Of a stretch of 64,000 nucleotides of DNA, positions 47,786 through 58,958 are shown in pieces. The notes under the pieces are model-generated. The model was given only the letters and a program-made list of their open reading frames with translations. It did not search any database and had not been told where the DNA came from. The stretch comes from an uncultured Chloroflexia bacterium (GTDB lineage Bacteria; Chloroflexota; Chloroflexia; Thermomicrobiales; UBA6265): NCBI GenBank assembly GCA_963724295.1, contig CAVRUC010000013.1, forward strand, positions 256,001 to 320,000, given 5' to 3'. The translations under genes were made by a program, and so were the position numbers. Position 1 is the first letter of the stretch; the number at the start of each line of letters is the position of its first letter.

Positions 47786-48529
47786 ATGAGACCGGGCAGT
47801 TCGAGCCAGCACCCCGAGCCAAACTCAACCGGCGAGGCGCCCGCACAGCGGAGTTCCAGGGGAGCGCCGAGATTCTGGATCGTCCCGCCTGACAGCGGCC
47901 AGGATCAACCCGGGTCGCCGGGCGCACTACCGTACGACGATGTGCCAGATGAGGCGTTGATCGCCGCGCTCGTTGCCGGCGAACCGGAGGCGCTAGGGGC
48001 GCTGTACGATCGCCACGCCCGGGTCGTCTTCTCCCTGATCATGCGGATCGCCGGCGATCGAGACGTGGCGGAGGAGATCCTGCAGGAGGTCTTCCTCCGC
48101 GCATGGCGACAGGCGCATGCGTTCGATGAGACACGCGGTACGGTCCGGTTCTGGTTGCAGCGTATCGCCCACAACCTGACGCTCAACGAGCTTCGCCGCC
48201 GCCAGCGCCGCCCGCAAGTGCAACGGCGCCCACCCAGCACTGATGCCGAGGATGACGACTACGCTGGATACGTCGCAGCGGGGCAAGATCCCGCGGTCGA
48301 TGCCTGGTGCGCGGTCCGCGACGCCGAGCTAGCGCAGGCGCTCGACCAATTACCGCCGGTCCAGCGCGCGGTGCTCCTGCTCTACGCGCAGGGATTCAGC
48401 CAGTCCGAGATCGCGGCCAAGCTCGGCGAGCCGCTTGGCACCGTCAAGTCGCGGATGCGGCGGGCGCTCTGCCGGCTCCGTGAGGCCCTGCCGCCGCTCG
48501 GCATCGACGCTGGCTGGCGAGGTGATTGA
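47786..48529 (+). CDS. ECF sigma factor (SigK-like)
   Basis: LYDRH, AEEILQEVF and PLGTVKSRMR. Confidence 0.9.
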   Translation: MRPGSSSQHPEPNSTGEAPAQRSSRGAPRFWIVPPDSGQDQPGSPGALPYDDVPDEALIAALVAGEPEALGALYDRHARVVFSLIMRIAGDRDVAEEILQEVFLRAWRQAHAFDETRGTVRFWLQRIAHNLTLNELRRRQRRPQVQRRPPSTDAEDDDYAGYVAAGQDPAVDAWCAVRDAELAQALDQLPPVQRAVLLLYAQGFSQSEIAAKLGEPLGTVKSRMRRALCRLREALPPLGIDAGWRGD

Positions 48530-48591
48530 CAATCATGGCTAGAATGAGGTAGTGAGGATTTCCGACTGGGAGCTCCGCCGAGACACGACCT

Positions 48592-49454
48592 ATGCGTGAC
48601 ACGACCCTGCGAGATCACCTGGTCATCGTCGCCCAACTGCCTGACTTCGTTCTCGGCAAGCTGGACGAGACGAGTCTGCGGCGGGTCGACCGGCATCTGG
48701 ACGTCTGTCCCACCTGCCGCCGCGAGCTGGCCAACGCGATGGACGTCCTCGGGTCACTCGCCGTGGCGCCGCCACCCGCGGCGTGGGTGCGTGGCGCCAT
48801 TCTCCAGCGCGCGGACGCCGAGCATCAGCGCCGCCGTCCGACAGGAGATCGCGCCCAGCATCGCCATTGCCGAGCCGAAAGCCACGGGCGCGATTGGGCG
48901 GAGTCCGGTCTCCGCGACGAGCCACCGGCGTCTCGTGCCATCCGGAAAGCCGGCTCCGCGCTGGGCGCTCGTAGCGTGCGGCGGCGGTCCTCCTGGTTAC
49001 CGGATTGGCGGGATGGGGTTACGAGCAACGCAACAGCAGCGCCGACATGCCCTTGCAGGACAATTCGCTCTCCGCTCTGGTGGATGAGTCGACGACCGCT
49101 TACCCGCTTGACGATAGCGATCTACCCGTTTCGGCGACGGGGGTCCTCTTCGCCGAACCACAAGGGCGCGAGGTCTATCTCGTCGCCAACGGGCTGCCGG
49201 CGTTGCCACGCGATCAGCGCTATCAGGTCTGGTTATTCACCACGGACGACCAGCAGCTGAGCGCCGGACTGGTGACGGTCGGGGCCGACGGCGACCTCCG
49301 TGCGTTTCTCGAAACACCCGCTCCCTTTGCCAACTACGTCGGGGTTGGCCTCACCGCCGAGCCGGAATCGGGAAGCGCCATCCCGACCTCGGATCTGGTG
49401 CTGGGCGGCTCGTTCCCGCCGGCTATTGCGGCCCTGCCCTCGGCGCCGGCGTGA
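48592..49454 (+). CDS. anti-sigma factor (zf-HC2 + RskA-like); two apparent frameshifts
   Basis: HLDVCPTC; YQVWL, LTAEP..PT in the final frame. Confidence 0.75.
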
Positions 49455-49479
49455 TTCGTCTCACCCTCCGGGTGAGATA

Positions 49480-50124
49480 TCAGCGGGACGGTTTACCGGT
49501 CAATGAGCTCCTGAAGGCCGGGATCTCACCGCCCGGTGAGAAGCGGTTGGGCTCTGTCACGATCGAGCCGGCGCCGTCAGATCGGTTGGCCTCCAGCACC
49601 TGGGTCCCGTTTTCGTCCCCGGCACGGAGCTGTACGAGCGTGAGCCGCGCCAGACCGCGGAAGTACCAGAAGCAGCCACCCTGCCCCTGAACGTCGGTCT
49701 GGAAGGAGCACAACGGAGTGAAGGCAGTCGCTTCCAGGGAGCCCCGAGCGCCGAACCGACCTCTGATGACAACGGTGTAACTGGCGCCCGGCTCGAGACC
49801 GCTAAATCGAAATGACGCTCGCCACTGCGAGACCGGCTCCTTACCGCCCTTGTAGTCGACGATGCCTGATCCCGTCGCCCCCGGCAGCACGTAGGGTTCA
49901 ACGGTCGAGAACGTCAGCCGATTCTTGCCGAAGTATCCGATGTTCTGGGCCGCGGCCGGGGATGCGCCGAACGCAAGCACCGCAACTGCAAGGGCAAGGG
50001 CAAGCAGCACGATCCAGCGAACCGTCCCGCGGGCACGCCCGCACGGCGCCGTGGATTCCTCCGCCTGCACCCGGCCGTTGGGCCGGTGCGCCCGGCTGGC
50101 GCGGCGGTCAACCACCTCGTGCAT
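49480..50124 (-). CDS. secreted hypothetical protein
   Basis: Signal peptide ending AAA-Q; paired Cys. Confidence 0.65.
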   Translation of the reverse strand: MHEVVDRRASRAHRPNGRVQAEESTAPCGRARGTVRWIVLLALALAVAVLAFGASPAAAQNIGYFGKNRLTFSTVEPYVLPGATGSGIVDYKGGKEPVSQWRASFRFSGLEPGASYTVVIRGRFGARGSLEATAFTPLCSFQTDVQGQGGCFWYFRGLARLTLVQLRAGDENGTQVLEANRSDGAGSIVTEPNRFSPGGEIPAFRSSLTGKPSR

Positions 50125-50241
50125 TACCCTCGATCCCAGAACCATCGAAAACTATCCCCGTAAATCTATACACCGCCGTTCGAATCTTGGATTCGCCGCG
50201 GACAACGGCTGATCCGGGAGCCGGCGGTGCCATGCCGGCGG

Positions 50242-52935
50242 TCACGGCTCACCAGTTTCCTCTACCAATCGTTCCTGCTGCTCCCAGAGCCAGGTCAGCG
50301 CCTGGCGCGGGGTCATCGCGTCGAGGTCGAGATCGCGCAACGCGGTGGCAAGGTGTTGTGCCGGGGTTGGCGTGGGCTCTGCTGGCGGTTCCGCCTGCTG
50401 GCGCCAGTCCGGATCTTCTTCCGCGATCAGCCGCCGGGATTCAGCCTCAGGATCGAATCGGCGCGGCGCCTCCGTGAGCAGCATCTCGGCGCGGTCGGCC
50501 ACCCAGGGCGGCAACCCCGCCAGCCGCGCCACCTGGATACCGTAGGCCCGGTCCGCCGGGCCGGGCTGCACCGCGTAGAGGAAGACGACGCGTCCCGCCC
50601 GCTCGAGGGCCGCGACGTGGACATTCGTCACCCCGGGCAGCTCCCGCGCGACGGCGGTCAGCTCCAGGTAGTGGGTGGCGAAGAGCGCCCGTGCCCCGAT
50701 GCGGCGGTTGATGTCCTCCAGCACCGCCCGCGCGATAGCCAGGCCATCGTCGGTCGCGGTGCCACGACCAACTTCGTCCAGGATGAGCAGCGAGCGCTCG
50801 GTGGCCTGGTGCAGGATCGCCGCGGTCTCGACCATCTCGGTCATGAAGGTCGACTGACCGCGGGCCAGGTCATCCTGCGCCCCGACACGGGTGAAGATGC
50901 GGTCGACCAGCCCCACCCGAGCTCGCGCCGCCGGCACCCAGGACCCGATCTGGGCCAGCAACACGATCACCGCCGTCTGACGAAGCCAGGTGCTCTTCCC
51001 GCCCATGTTCGGCCCGGTGACGATCGCCTGCCGCGAACCCTCGCCACCGAGATGGCAGTCGTTTGGAATGAACGGCTCGCCAGCGAGATGCGCCTCGACC
51101 ACGGGGTGGCGCCCGGCGACGATCTCCAATGCATCGGTCTCGTCCACCCCCGGCGCGGTCCACTGGTTGCGGGCGGCCACCTCCGCCAGCGACAGCAGCG
51201 CGTCGAGCTCGGCGAGGGTGCGCGCCGTCGCCAGGAGCCGCCCCGCCTCCGCCGTGACCAGGGCCGCGAGTCGCGCCAGCGCCTCTCGCTCGCGGAAGGC
51301 GATCTCCTCGTCGGCGGCCAGGACCCGCGCTTCAGCATCCTTCAAGGGGGCCGTGACGTACCGCTCGCCGTTGGCCACCGTCTGCTTGCGCGCGTACTCG
51401 GCCGGCACCAGTCCCAGGTTGGGACGGGTGACCTCGATGTAGTAGCCGAAGACCTTGTTGAACCCGACTTTCAGCGAGCGGATGCCTGTCCGCTCGCGCT
51501 CGCGTCCCTCCAGCGCGGCCAGCCACTCCCGCGTTCCCCGCACCGCCGCCACCGCATCGTCCAGATCGGGAGCGAATCCAGGGCGGATCGTGCCGGCGCC
51601 GTTGGCATCCTCCGCGACCGCGGTATCGAGCACGGCCAGGAGATCGGGGCAGGGATCGAGAGGGACGGGAGACGGTAAGTCGGTAAGTCGGTGAGTCGGT
51701 AAGGGAGAAGACGCTGCCGGGCCAAGCGTTTCCAGGATGGTCTCGATCTCGGGGATGGCCCGCAGGGCGGCGGCCAGGGTGAGGAATTCGCGGGCGCCGG
51801 CGCCGCGCCCGGCGATGCGGCCCAGCAGTCGCTCCAGATCGCCGATGGTGGCCAGGGCATCGGCCAGCGCGGAGCGGACCGATGGCGCGGCGACGAGCGC
51901 CGCGACGATTGCCTGGCGGCGGGCGATCTCTTCCAGATCGCGCAGCGGCTGACCGACCAGCCGTCGCAAGGCGCGGGCGCCCATGGGGGTGCGCGTGAGA
52001 TCGAGCACGCCGAGCAGGCTGCCCCGGGTGCCGCCGGTGCCGAAGGAGCGGGTCAGCTCCAGATTGCGGCGGGTGGCGGCATCGAGGCCGACCCAGCGCC
52101 CGGGCGATTCCACGCGCAGTCCGGTCAGCAGCGCGAGCAGCGCCGGGTTGGTGCGCTCCAGATAGGCGAGCACAGCCCCGGCCGCGCCGGTGGCCGCGGG
52201 CAGACCGGCGCAGCCAAAACCGGCGAGCGAGCGCACCCGGAACTGGGCGCAGAGCATCTCCGCGGCTCGATCGGGCGTCCAGCGCCACGACTCGAGGCGG
52301 GTGAGATGGCCAGGCGTCTGCCGTCCTCTGCCCGGTGGCGGGTCCGGGGCATCGTCCGGAACGAGGGTTTCGGCCGGGTTGAGGCGGACGACCTCCTCCG
52401 CCAGCCGCGCCACGGCGTCCTCTCCGGAGAACTCGGCGACGGCAAACTCCCCGGTGCTGACGTCGACCCAGGCCAGCCCCCAGCATTCCCCGAGCTTGTG
52501 GATCGCCGCCAGGTAGCGGTTCTCCCCGGCGGGGAGGAGGGCGAGATCGGCAACCGTGCCGGGACTGATCACCCGGGTGACCGCCCGCTCGACCAGACCG
52601 CGACCGGGCGGGGTCATCTGCTCGGCGATGGCGACGGTGTGTCCGGCCGCCAGCAATCGCCCCAGATAGTGGTTGAGCGCGTGATGGGGGATGCCCGCCA
52701 TCGGCGCGCGTCCCGAGCGGCCGAACGAGCGCGAGGTCAGGGCGATGCGCGCGTCCCGCGCCAGGATCTGGGCGTCCTCGTCGAAGGTCTCGTAGAAGTC
52801 ACCGAGCCGGTAGAGGAGGATCGCACCGGGATGCTGCGCCTTCAGCTCGAGATACTGCCGGCGCGAGGGGACGAGTTCTTCGCGGCCCAGGGCTTCACCG
52901 GCGCCGTTCACAGTCTGGACACGGGAGCGGGACAT
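50242..52935 (-). CDS. mutS: DNA mismatch repair protein MutS
   Basis: GDFYE, TGPNMGGKST, STFM, DEVGRGT and FATHY. Confidence 0.96.
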   Translation of the reverse strand: MSRSRVQTVNGAGEALGREELVPSRRQYLELKAQHPGAILLYRLGDFYETFDEDAQILARDARIALTSRSFGRSGRAPMAGIPHHALNHYLGRLLAAGHTVAIAEQMTPPGRGLVERAVTRVISPGTVADLALLPAGENRYLAAIHKLGECWGLAWVDVSTGEFAVAEFSGEDAVARLAEEVVRLNPAETLVPDDAPDPPPGRGRQTPGHLTRLESWRWTPDRAAEMLCAQFRVRSLAGFGCAGLPAATGAAGAVLAYLERTNPALLALLTGLRVESPGRWVGLDAATRRNLELTRSFGTGGTRGSLLGVLDLTRTPMGARALRRLVGQPLRDLEEIARRQAIVAALVAAPSVRSALADALATIGDLERLLGRIAGRGAGAREFLTLAAALRAIPEIETILETLGPAASSPLPTHRLTDLPSPVPLDPCPDLLAVLDTAVAEDANGAGTIRPGFAPDLDDAVAAVRGTREWLAALEGRERERTGIRSLKVGFNKVFGYYIEVTRPNLGLVPAEYARKQTVANGERYVTAPLKDAEARVLAADEEIAFREREALARLAALVTAEAGRLLATARTLAELDALLSLAEVAARNQWTAPGVDETDALEIVAGRHPVVEAHLAGEPFIPNDCHLGGEGSRQAIVTGPNMGGKSTWLRQTAVIVLLAQIGSWVPAARARVGLVDRIFTRVGAQDDLARGQSTFMTEMVETAAILHQATERSLLILDEVGRGTATDDGLAIARAVLEDINRRIGARALFATHYLELTAVARELPGVTNVHVAALERAGRVVFLYAVQPGPADRAYGIQVARLAGLPPWVADRAEMLLTEAPRRFDPEAESRRLIAEEDPDWRQQAEPPAEPTPTPAQHLATALRDLDLDAMTPRQALTWLWEQQERLVEETGEP

Positions 52936-52942
52936 GTCCGCG

Positions 52943-52948
52943 ATTATA
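52943..52948 (-). promoter_or_regulatory. -10 TATAAT 7 nt upstream of the mutS ATG (leaderless)
   Basis: TATAAT-cgcggac-ATG; no SD. Confidence 0.65.
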
Positions 52949-53122
52949 CGGGTAGGGTGAACGCGGGCTGTGAGTGATGGATAGGGATGGGAGATACCAT
53001 GGTCGCGTTGAGTGGCAGCGTGCGGTGGGTCGCTGGGGCTCGATCATCGCATCACGATCCTCCAGGATCGACGAACCGGGGTTGACGCCGTAGGCTGTGG
53101 ATAGCATCGCAAGGGGAGACCA

Positions 53123-53869
53123 TTGGGCACACCTGACCGGGAACCGATTCGTCGCACTCCGCCGTCGATCGATCCGCCGGCAGATGCGTCGCCGGCGCCG
53201 CGTCCGCGGCGGCTCAGCCATGAGGGGCGCTACGCGCTCGTCGAGCCGCTCGACCCAGCCGCCCACACCGCCGCTCTCTTCATGGCCAGCCACGGCGATC
53301 CGGACCGAGAGCGCATCTGGGACTATCTGCCGTACGGTCCCTTCGGCTCGGAAGGGGAATTCCGTACCCACCTGAACGCTCAGGCAGCCAGCGAGGACCC
53401 GCTCTTCTTCGCCATCCGGCCGCGCGGGAGCGATCGGGTCGAGGGAGTCGCCTCGCTGATGAGCATCGAGCCGGATCACCGCTCGATCGAGATCGGACAC
53501 ATCTGGCTCGGGCCGGGACTGCAGCGCACCCCAGCCGCAACGGAGGCGCTCTTCCTCCTCATCGCGCACGCTCTGGACGATCTGGGATACCGGCGGATGG
53601 AGTGGAAGTGCAACGCCGCCAATGCCGCCTCCCGCGCGGCGGCCTGTCGTCTCGGCTTCATCCACGAGGGGGTCTTCTATCAGCATCGCATCTTCAAGGG
53701 CATGAACCGCGACACCGCCTGGTTCTCGATCCTCGATCACGAATGGCCCGCGCTGCGCGCCAACTTCGAGACCTGGCTCGATCCGGCGAATTTCGATGAA
53801 GCGGGGCAGCAGCGACAGTCGCTCGGCGATCTCAATCGCGGGCTGACCGCCTCTCGCGTCGGCGGCTGA
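53123..53869 (+). CDS. GNAT (RimJ/RimL-like) acetyltransferase
   Basis: IEIGHI, LGYRRMEWKC and RDTAWFSI. Confidence 0.9.
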   Translation: MGTPDREPIRRTPPSIDPPADASPAPRPRRLSHEGRYALVEPLDPAAHTAALFMASHGDPDRERIWDYLPYGPFGSEGEFRTHLNAQAASEDPLFFAIRPRGSDRVEGVASLMSIEPDHRSIEIGHIWLGPGLQRTPAATEALFLLIAHALDDLGYRRMEWKCNAANAASRAAACRLGFIHEGVFYQHRIFKGMNRDTAWFSILDHEWPALRANFETWLDPANFDEAGQQRQSLGDLNRGLTASRVGG

Positions 53870-54656
53870 GGCCGAGGACCAGGCCAGCGAAGCCACCGGC
53901 GACGGCGGCGCCCAGGGCCGGGAGCAGCATGCGGGCGATGTGCTGGTACTGATCCCGCTGCCGGCGGCTGAAATCGGCCGCGTCGTTGACGTGGGGGAAG
54001 GGCTCGCCGGCGGGGACCGGGACCCCGAGAAACGCGCACAACGGCTCCCAGCCTTCTTTGACGTCGAAGACGAGGAGCCGCTGCGAAGGAACCGTGGCGA
54101 CGACGTCGCGGTTGTGCTCCTCGAAGATGCGGATGGCCTCGTCGCGGTCCTCGAATCTCCCAGCCAGGGTGCCGTCCCAGACCGTCTCTTGCACCGTCCG
54201 GAACCCGTCTCCGGCGCTGGGATTGGCCCATGCCAGCACCCCGTAGAGGAAGCGGGCCGCGGGCGTCGCGGTGCGCGCTTGGGTCGCCGCGTAGATCGTG
54301 TCGCGAGCGCTGTCGTACCAGCGCTGCGGGTCCCGCACGGTGAGGATCACCCTGGCCTCGGGGTGCGCGGCGATCAGCTCTCGCCAGAAATAGGCGCCGG
54401 GCCAGTCGACCGTGGCCCGGTAGCCGCTGAAGAGCGGTCGCCAGTCGATCGGCTCACCGGCCCGTTTGCGTCGCGCCGCCTCCAACCAGAGCGCGAAACG
54501 CTCCGGGTGGGCGAAGCAGTTGGTCATGTGCTCGCAGGGAGCGAAGCCGAGCCGCTCCAGCGCCGCGTGCAGCGAGAGGGTTCCCGTTCGCCCCAACCCG
54601 GCGCCAATGACCGTCAGTGTTGGTGACGGCGCACCTGCCACCACGGCGTGCTCCAT
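53832..54656 (-). CDS. sulfotransferase-like P-loop protein
   Basis: VIGAGLGRTGTLSL, VDWP, GWEPLCAFL and FPHVN. Confidence 0.88.
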   Translation of the reverse strand: MEHAVVAGAPSPTLTVIGAGLGRTGTLSLHAALERLGFAPCEHMTNCFAHPERFALWLEAARRKRAGEPIDWRPLFSGYRATVDWPGAYFWRELIAAHPEARVILTVRDPQRWYDSARDTIYAATQARTATPAARFLYGVLAWANPSAGDGFRTVQETVWDGTLAGRFEDRDEAIRIFEEHNRDVVATVPSQRLLVFDVKEGWEPLCAFLGVPVPAGEPFPHVNDAADFSRRQRDQYQHIARMLLPALGAAVAGGFAGLVLGLSRRRERRSARD

Positions 54657-54764
54657 GGTTACTTCCATTGCTCACGGCCAAGTGAGGGGCGCGTCTCACG
54701 ACGCGCCCCTGTTGAGCTTCGCCATCAATCGCGTTCACGGCTGGTGACGAAGAGTTCCGGCGTG

Positions 54765-56372
54765 TTACGGGGCAGGTGTTGCGGCCACGATCGCCTCGCC
54801 CTCGGCCGTTCGCGAGGGTGGGCGATCCCCGCCCGAGGGCGCGGCCGTCGCCCCCTCCGGGATCTGGTCGGCGGCGACGAGCATCCAGAGCGAGCCGGCT
54901 GGATTCGGCGCCATCTGGCCGTAACCGCACTCGCACGATGTGAAGTAGATGTTGCCGGCCTCATCCTCGCCGGAGCCGGTCACGAAGAGCGCCGTGTCGA
55001 GCAGCTCTTCCATCTGCCACGAGCCGTCGTCGCCATGGGCAATGCCCCAGATCCGGCCGGAGACGTAGTCAGAGACGAAGTAGATACCCTCCAGGTCCGG
55101 ATAGGCGTCGCCACGATAAACGTGGCCGCCGATCACGGTGGAGCCGCCAGCTGGATCATGCAGGTACTCGGCTACCGGCAAGACTCCCACCTTCGGACAG
55201 TCAGGATTCATGCTGTCCGGGAAGCAATGGGAGCCCTGGAGGAATTTCCAGCCGTAGTTGAACCCACCTTCGCTGCTGGCCGGTTCGAAGTCGATCTCCT
55301 CCCAGAAGTTCTGGCCGACGTCGCCGATCCAGAGATCGCCTGTCTCGCGGTCGAACGAGAACTGCCATGGGTTGCGAATGCCGAACGCCCAGATTTCGGG
55401 CTTGGCATACGGGTGATAGCGCGCGAAGTCATCTTCGGTCAGCCCGAAGAGATTCAGGATGTCATCGCCGGCGATGAACGGATTGTCCGCGGGAATCGCA
55501 TAGTTCTCGCCAATCGACTCTCTCCCCGCGCCGCCCGTCGAGACGGAGTGGGTAATGTCCTCGTGCACCATGCCCTCGGCTGCCGCGGTCGCTTCTTCGG
55601 CGGTGGCCGGGGTGCTGCCCTTGCCGCAGGCCGGGAGGCCAAGCGCTGGGTTGACGTCGATGCGCAGGATCTTCCCCAGGTGGGTCGTGAGATCCTGGCC
55701 GGCGTCGAGCGGATCGCCTTCGAGTCCACCGTCACCATGCCCGATATAGAGGCAGCCGTCCGGCCCGAACTCGATATCACCGCCGATGTGGTTGGGGTAG
55801 GGCTGAGCGCGGAAGCTGATGACCTCGGCGCTGGCGGGATCCGCGACGTCCGGATTGTCGGCGGAGACGTTCATCTGCAGCGTGAGCACGTCGCCGCTAC
55901 GCAGCAAGTCGGTGTAGTTGATGTAGAAGATGCCGTTCTCGGCGAAGTTCGGATGGAAGGCCATCCCCAGCAGGCCCTGCTCGAGGAAGGCGGCCATCGT
56001 CTGGCTGCGCCAATCGAGAAACGGCTCCGGCAGAACGTTCCCATCGGCATCGACGATGCGGATCGTGCCGGCGCGCTCGACGACGAAGATGCGGCCGCTG
56101 CCATCGTGGGGCGCAGCGACGTTGACCGGCTCGGCGAGGTCCGCCGTCACCTCGATGAGCTGGATTTGCGGCTCCCCGGGGAGATCTCCTCCTGGCTGTG
56201 CAACCTCCGAGGGGTAAAACGCGTACTGGCCCGGTAACGGAGCCCCTGCGTTCGGTGCGTCGCTAGGTGTGCCGGCGGTTGGCGTAGCGTCTTGAGCGAC
56301 CGCGCTGGCGAAACCTGCTGCCAGCATCATCACGACTGCGAACAACGATGCGAACCTGCGGAATGGGTGCAT
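54765..56372 (-). CDS. secreted PQQ-dependent sugar dehydrogenase (Sdh/GSDH beta-propeller)
   Basis: EQGLLGMAFHP, NHIGG, GKILRI, GIRNPW and DVGQ..EEI. Confidence 0.9.
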   Translation of the reverse strand: MHPFRRFASLFAVVMMLAAGFASAVAQDATPTAGTPSDAPNAGAPLPGQYAFYPSEVAQPGGDLPGEPQIQLIEVTADLAEPVNVAAPHDGSGRIFVVERAGTIRIVDADGNVLPEPFLDWRSQTMAAFLEQGLLGMAFHPNFAENGIFYINYTDLLRSGDVLTLQMNVSADNPDVADPASAEVISFRAQPYPNHIGGDIEFGPDGCLYIGHGDGGLEGDPLDAGQDLTTHLGKILRIDVNPALGLPACGKGSTPATAEEATAAAEGMVHEDITHSVSTGGAGRESIGENYAIPADNPFIAGDDILNLFGLTEDDFARYHPYAKPEIWAFGIRNPWQFSFDRETGDLWIGDVGQNFWEEIDFEPASSEGGFNYGWKFLQGSHCFPDSMNPDCPKVGVLPVAEYLHDPAGGSTVIGGHVYRGDAYPDLEGIYFVSDYVSGRIWGIAHGDDGSWQMEELLDTALFVTGSGEDEAGNIYFTSCECGYGQMAPNPAGSLWMLVAADQIPEGATAAPSGGDRPPSRTAEGEAIVAATPAP

Positions 56373-56596
56373 GGTGTCTCCTTCCGACAATCGAAATCGG
56401 CCTATTAGGCCCCAGGCGACTGATCGAAGCGCCACGTCGTGCGAGATACTTCCTGGTATCTGTCCATGAGACGGAACCCTAGCGACGGAGCGAACACGAG
56501 ACAGGGGATGCCGCATGAACGCTGTACTCGAACCCGTAAGATGATGGGCCTGGCTCGGATGCGATACCACGGGGCGACCTGCGTTTTCTCCGAATC

Positions 56597-56947
56597 ATGC
56601 TCGGCTTGCAAGTCGCCCTCGGTCTGCTCTGGGGCGTCTCGATGCTCTTCTTCGCCCGCCAGATCGTGCTCGGATCCCCAGATGGTCCCCACATCGAGAA
56701 GATCGCCATGGAGGGTGCCGCCCACATGGCCCTCGTCTTTGGCGCCATCCTGGTCTGGCGCGCACCTGCTCGTGCCCGGGACGTGCTCCTGGTCATGATC
56801 TTCCTCAACGCGCTGTGGACACTGACCGACCTGGTCTACATTCCATTGCTCGGCCTGAGCGAGATCGATTTCTACGCCAAGGTGATCGTCAACGCCTTCC
56901 TCGCCATTGGGTTGGCGCTCTCGGGTCGACGCGCCGGCATCATCTAG
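56597..56947 (+). CDS. small 4-TM membrane protein
   Basis: Hydrophobic helices; start uncertain. Confidence 0.6.
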   Translation: MLGLQVALGLLWGVSMLFFARQIVLGSPDGPHIEKIAMEGAAHMALVFGAILVWRAPARARDVLLVMIFLNALWTLTDLVYIPLLGLSEIDFYAKVIVNAFLAIGLALSGRRAGII

Positions 56948-57177
56948 CCTCGCCCTACGGCCAGGCGATGCTCAGCGGGCCGGGTGTCATTTCATCCACG
57001 ACGCACGCCTAACCAGGGTGGACCCCGGTACCGAGGACGGTGCCGGGGCTCGCCCTTGAGCAATCGCCCCGTGACTTGGCGTGAGCGGGAGCATTCGGCA
57101 AAACTCCGGATTATGTGCCACCGGACGCGCGATGGGCGGTCGCGAACGCCCATCGCCTTCGTTCCCCAGAGTCGGGG

Positions 57178-58958
57178 CTACTGAACCCGTAGGGTCCCTA
57201 CCATGCCGGCCTCCTCGTGACCTGGCACGTCGCAGATGTAGTCATACCTTCCCGCCGGGGCGTTGATGACCACCTCCTTCGTTTCCCCTGGCGCCATCTC
57301 GACCTTGATGCCAAGTTCCTCGATCACAAAGGTGTGAACGGCCGCACCGTGGTTGGGAATGGTCACCGTAACATCGGTGTTGGCAGGGATGGTCATCTCA
57401 TTCGGGTTCCAGTCGATGTCGACTGCCTCAACCGTGACCGGACCTGCCGCCGCAGGCGCACCCTCAGCGACCGGGGTGCCAGCGGGTTGCTGTTCCGCGG
57501 CAGCGGCCGGGGTTGACGGTGCGGCCTCGGGAGTGGTGCCCTCTGGTGCCGGAGTTGGCGCGACCTCCGCGTCTTGCGGGACCTGGTCGGCTGCAACGAG
57601 ACGCCAAATCTCGCCCTGCGGGTCGGCATAGGGGTTGTACATGCGACCGCCAGAGCCACAGGTCGCGCAGCTCGTCACATACAGTTCGCCGGCCTCATCC
57701 TGTCCCGCCCCGGTTGGGCGTAGCGCTGTGTGGAGGAGCTCCTGGTAGACCCATTGGCCCCCCTCGTCGCGCTTAAGGCCCCAGAACTTACCCGAGCAAT
57801 AATCGGCATTGAAGTAGGTGCCGTCGAGCGATGGGGAGGCGGTCCCGCGGTAGACGCCCAAACCGGTGATCGAGCAATCCCGTCGTCGTGGTTGTACTCC
57901 GCCACCGGCGCCACACCCAACGGATCGCAGTCCGTAACCTCGTCGACTGGCACCGGAGTACCGGGAGGCGCGAATGCCGCTGGCGGGTAGCAGTGAGCCG
58001 ACTCGAGGGGGTCCCAGCCATAGTTCTGTCCACCCGGGTCACCGGCAGGCTGGAAGTTCACCTCTTCCCAACGGTTCTGACCAACGTCAGTGATGTAGAG
58101 ATCGCCCGTGGCCCGGTCAAAGGCAAACTGCCAGGGGTTCCGCAGGCCATACGCCCAGATTTCCCGCCGAGCGTCCGGTCGATAGTCCCCAGTCTGGGCC
58201 AACTGGCCGGCGGCGGGCTCAGGGATGATCCCCCCGCCCGCGAATGGATTGTCGGCTGGGATCGCGTACGGCGCTTCGCCTTGCGTGTTCACGTCGATCC
58301 GGAGGATCTTGCCAAGGATAGTGGACAGATCTTGAGCGTTATCGTACGGGTCGCCGGCGGAACCACCGTCGCCGATCGACAAATAGAGATACCCGTCGGG
58401 TCCGAAGTGCAGCGTCCCACCGTTATGGTTGGTGAACGGATCCTCCTCACTCAAGAGGACACGCGCGCTTTCCGGGTCCGCCCTATTTGGATCGTCGGCG
58501 GACACTCTGCGCTCGACCAGAAAGTGGTCACCGTTGGTCCGGAAGTCGCTGTAATAGATGTAGAAGAGGCCGTTGTTCTCGTAATCCGGATGAAACGCCA
58601 GGCCGAGCAACCCCTGCTCCTGATGGTCGATCTTGACCAACGCAGCGATATCGAGGAACGGCTCCTCCAGGAGGTTGCCCTCCTGGTCGATAATCAGGAT
58701 CTGTCCGGTTCGCTGGACAACGAACATCCGGCCGCTACCGTCGCCCGCGTTTGTCACGTTCACTGGGTCGACAAGACCGCCGGCAACCTTGACCAGCTGA
58801 ACGGCGATATCCCCGGGGAGTGTCCCACCCGGCCGTGCCACCGGTTCCGCAAACGGCGAGAACCCGGCCGAGTCCGAATCTTGCGCCTCCGCGGGCGCGA
58901 GCACCCATCCCCCGGCTAGAGTCATGAGGACAACGCCCAGGAGCAACCTGCGTATCAT
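57178..58958 (-). CDS. secreted PQQ-dependent sugar dehydrogenase fused to a C-terminal cupredoxin; frameshift near 57878
   Basis: GSDH motifs; H..CDVPGHEEAGM type-1 copper ligands. Confidence 0.82.
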
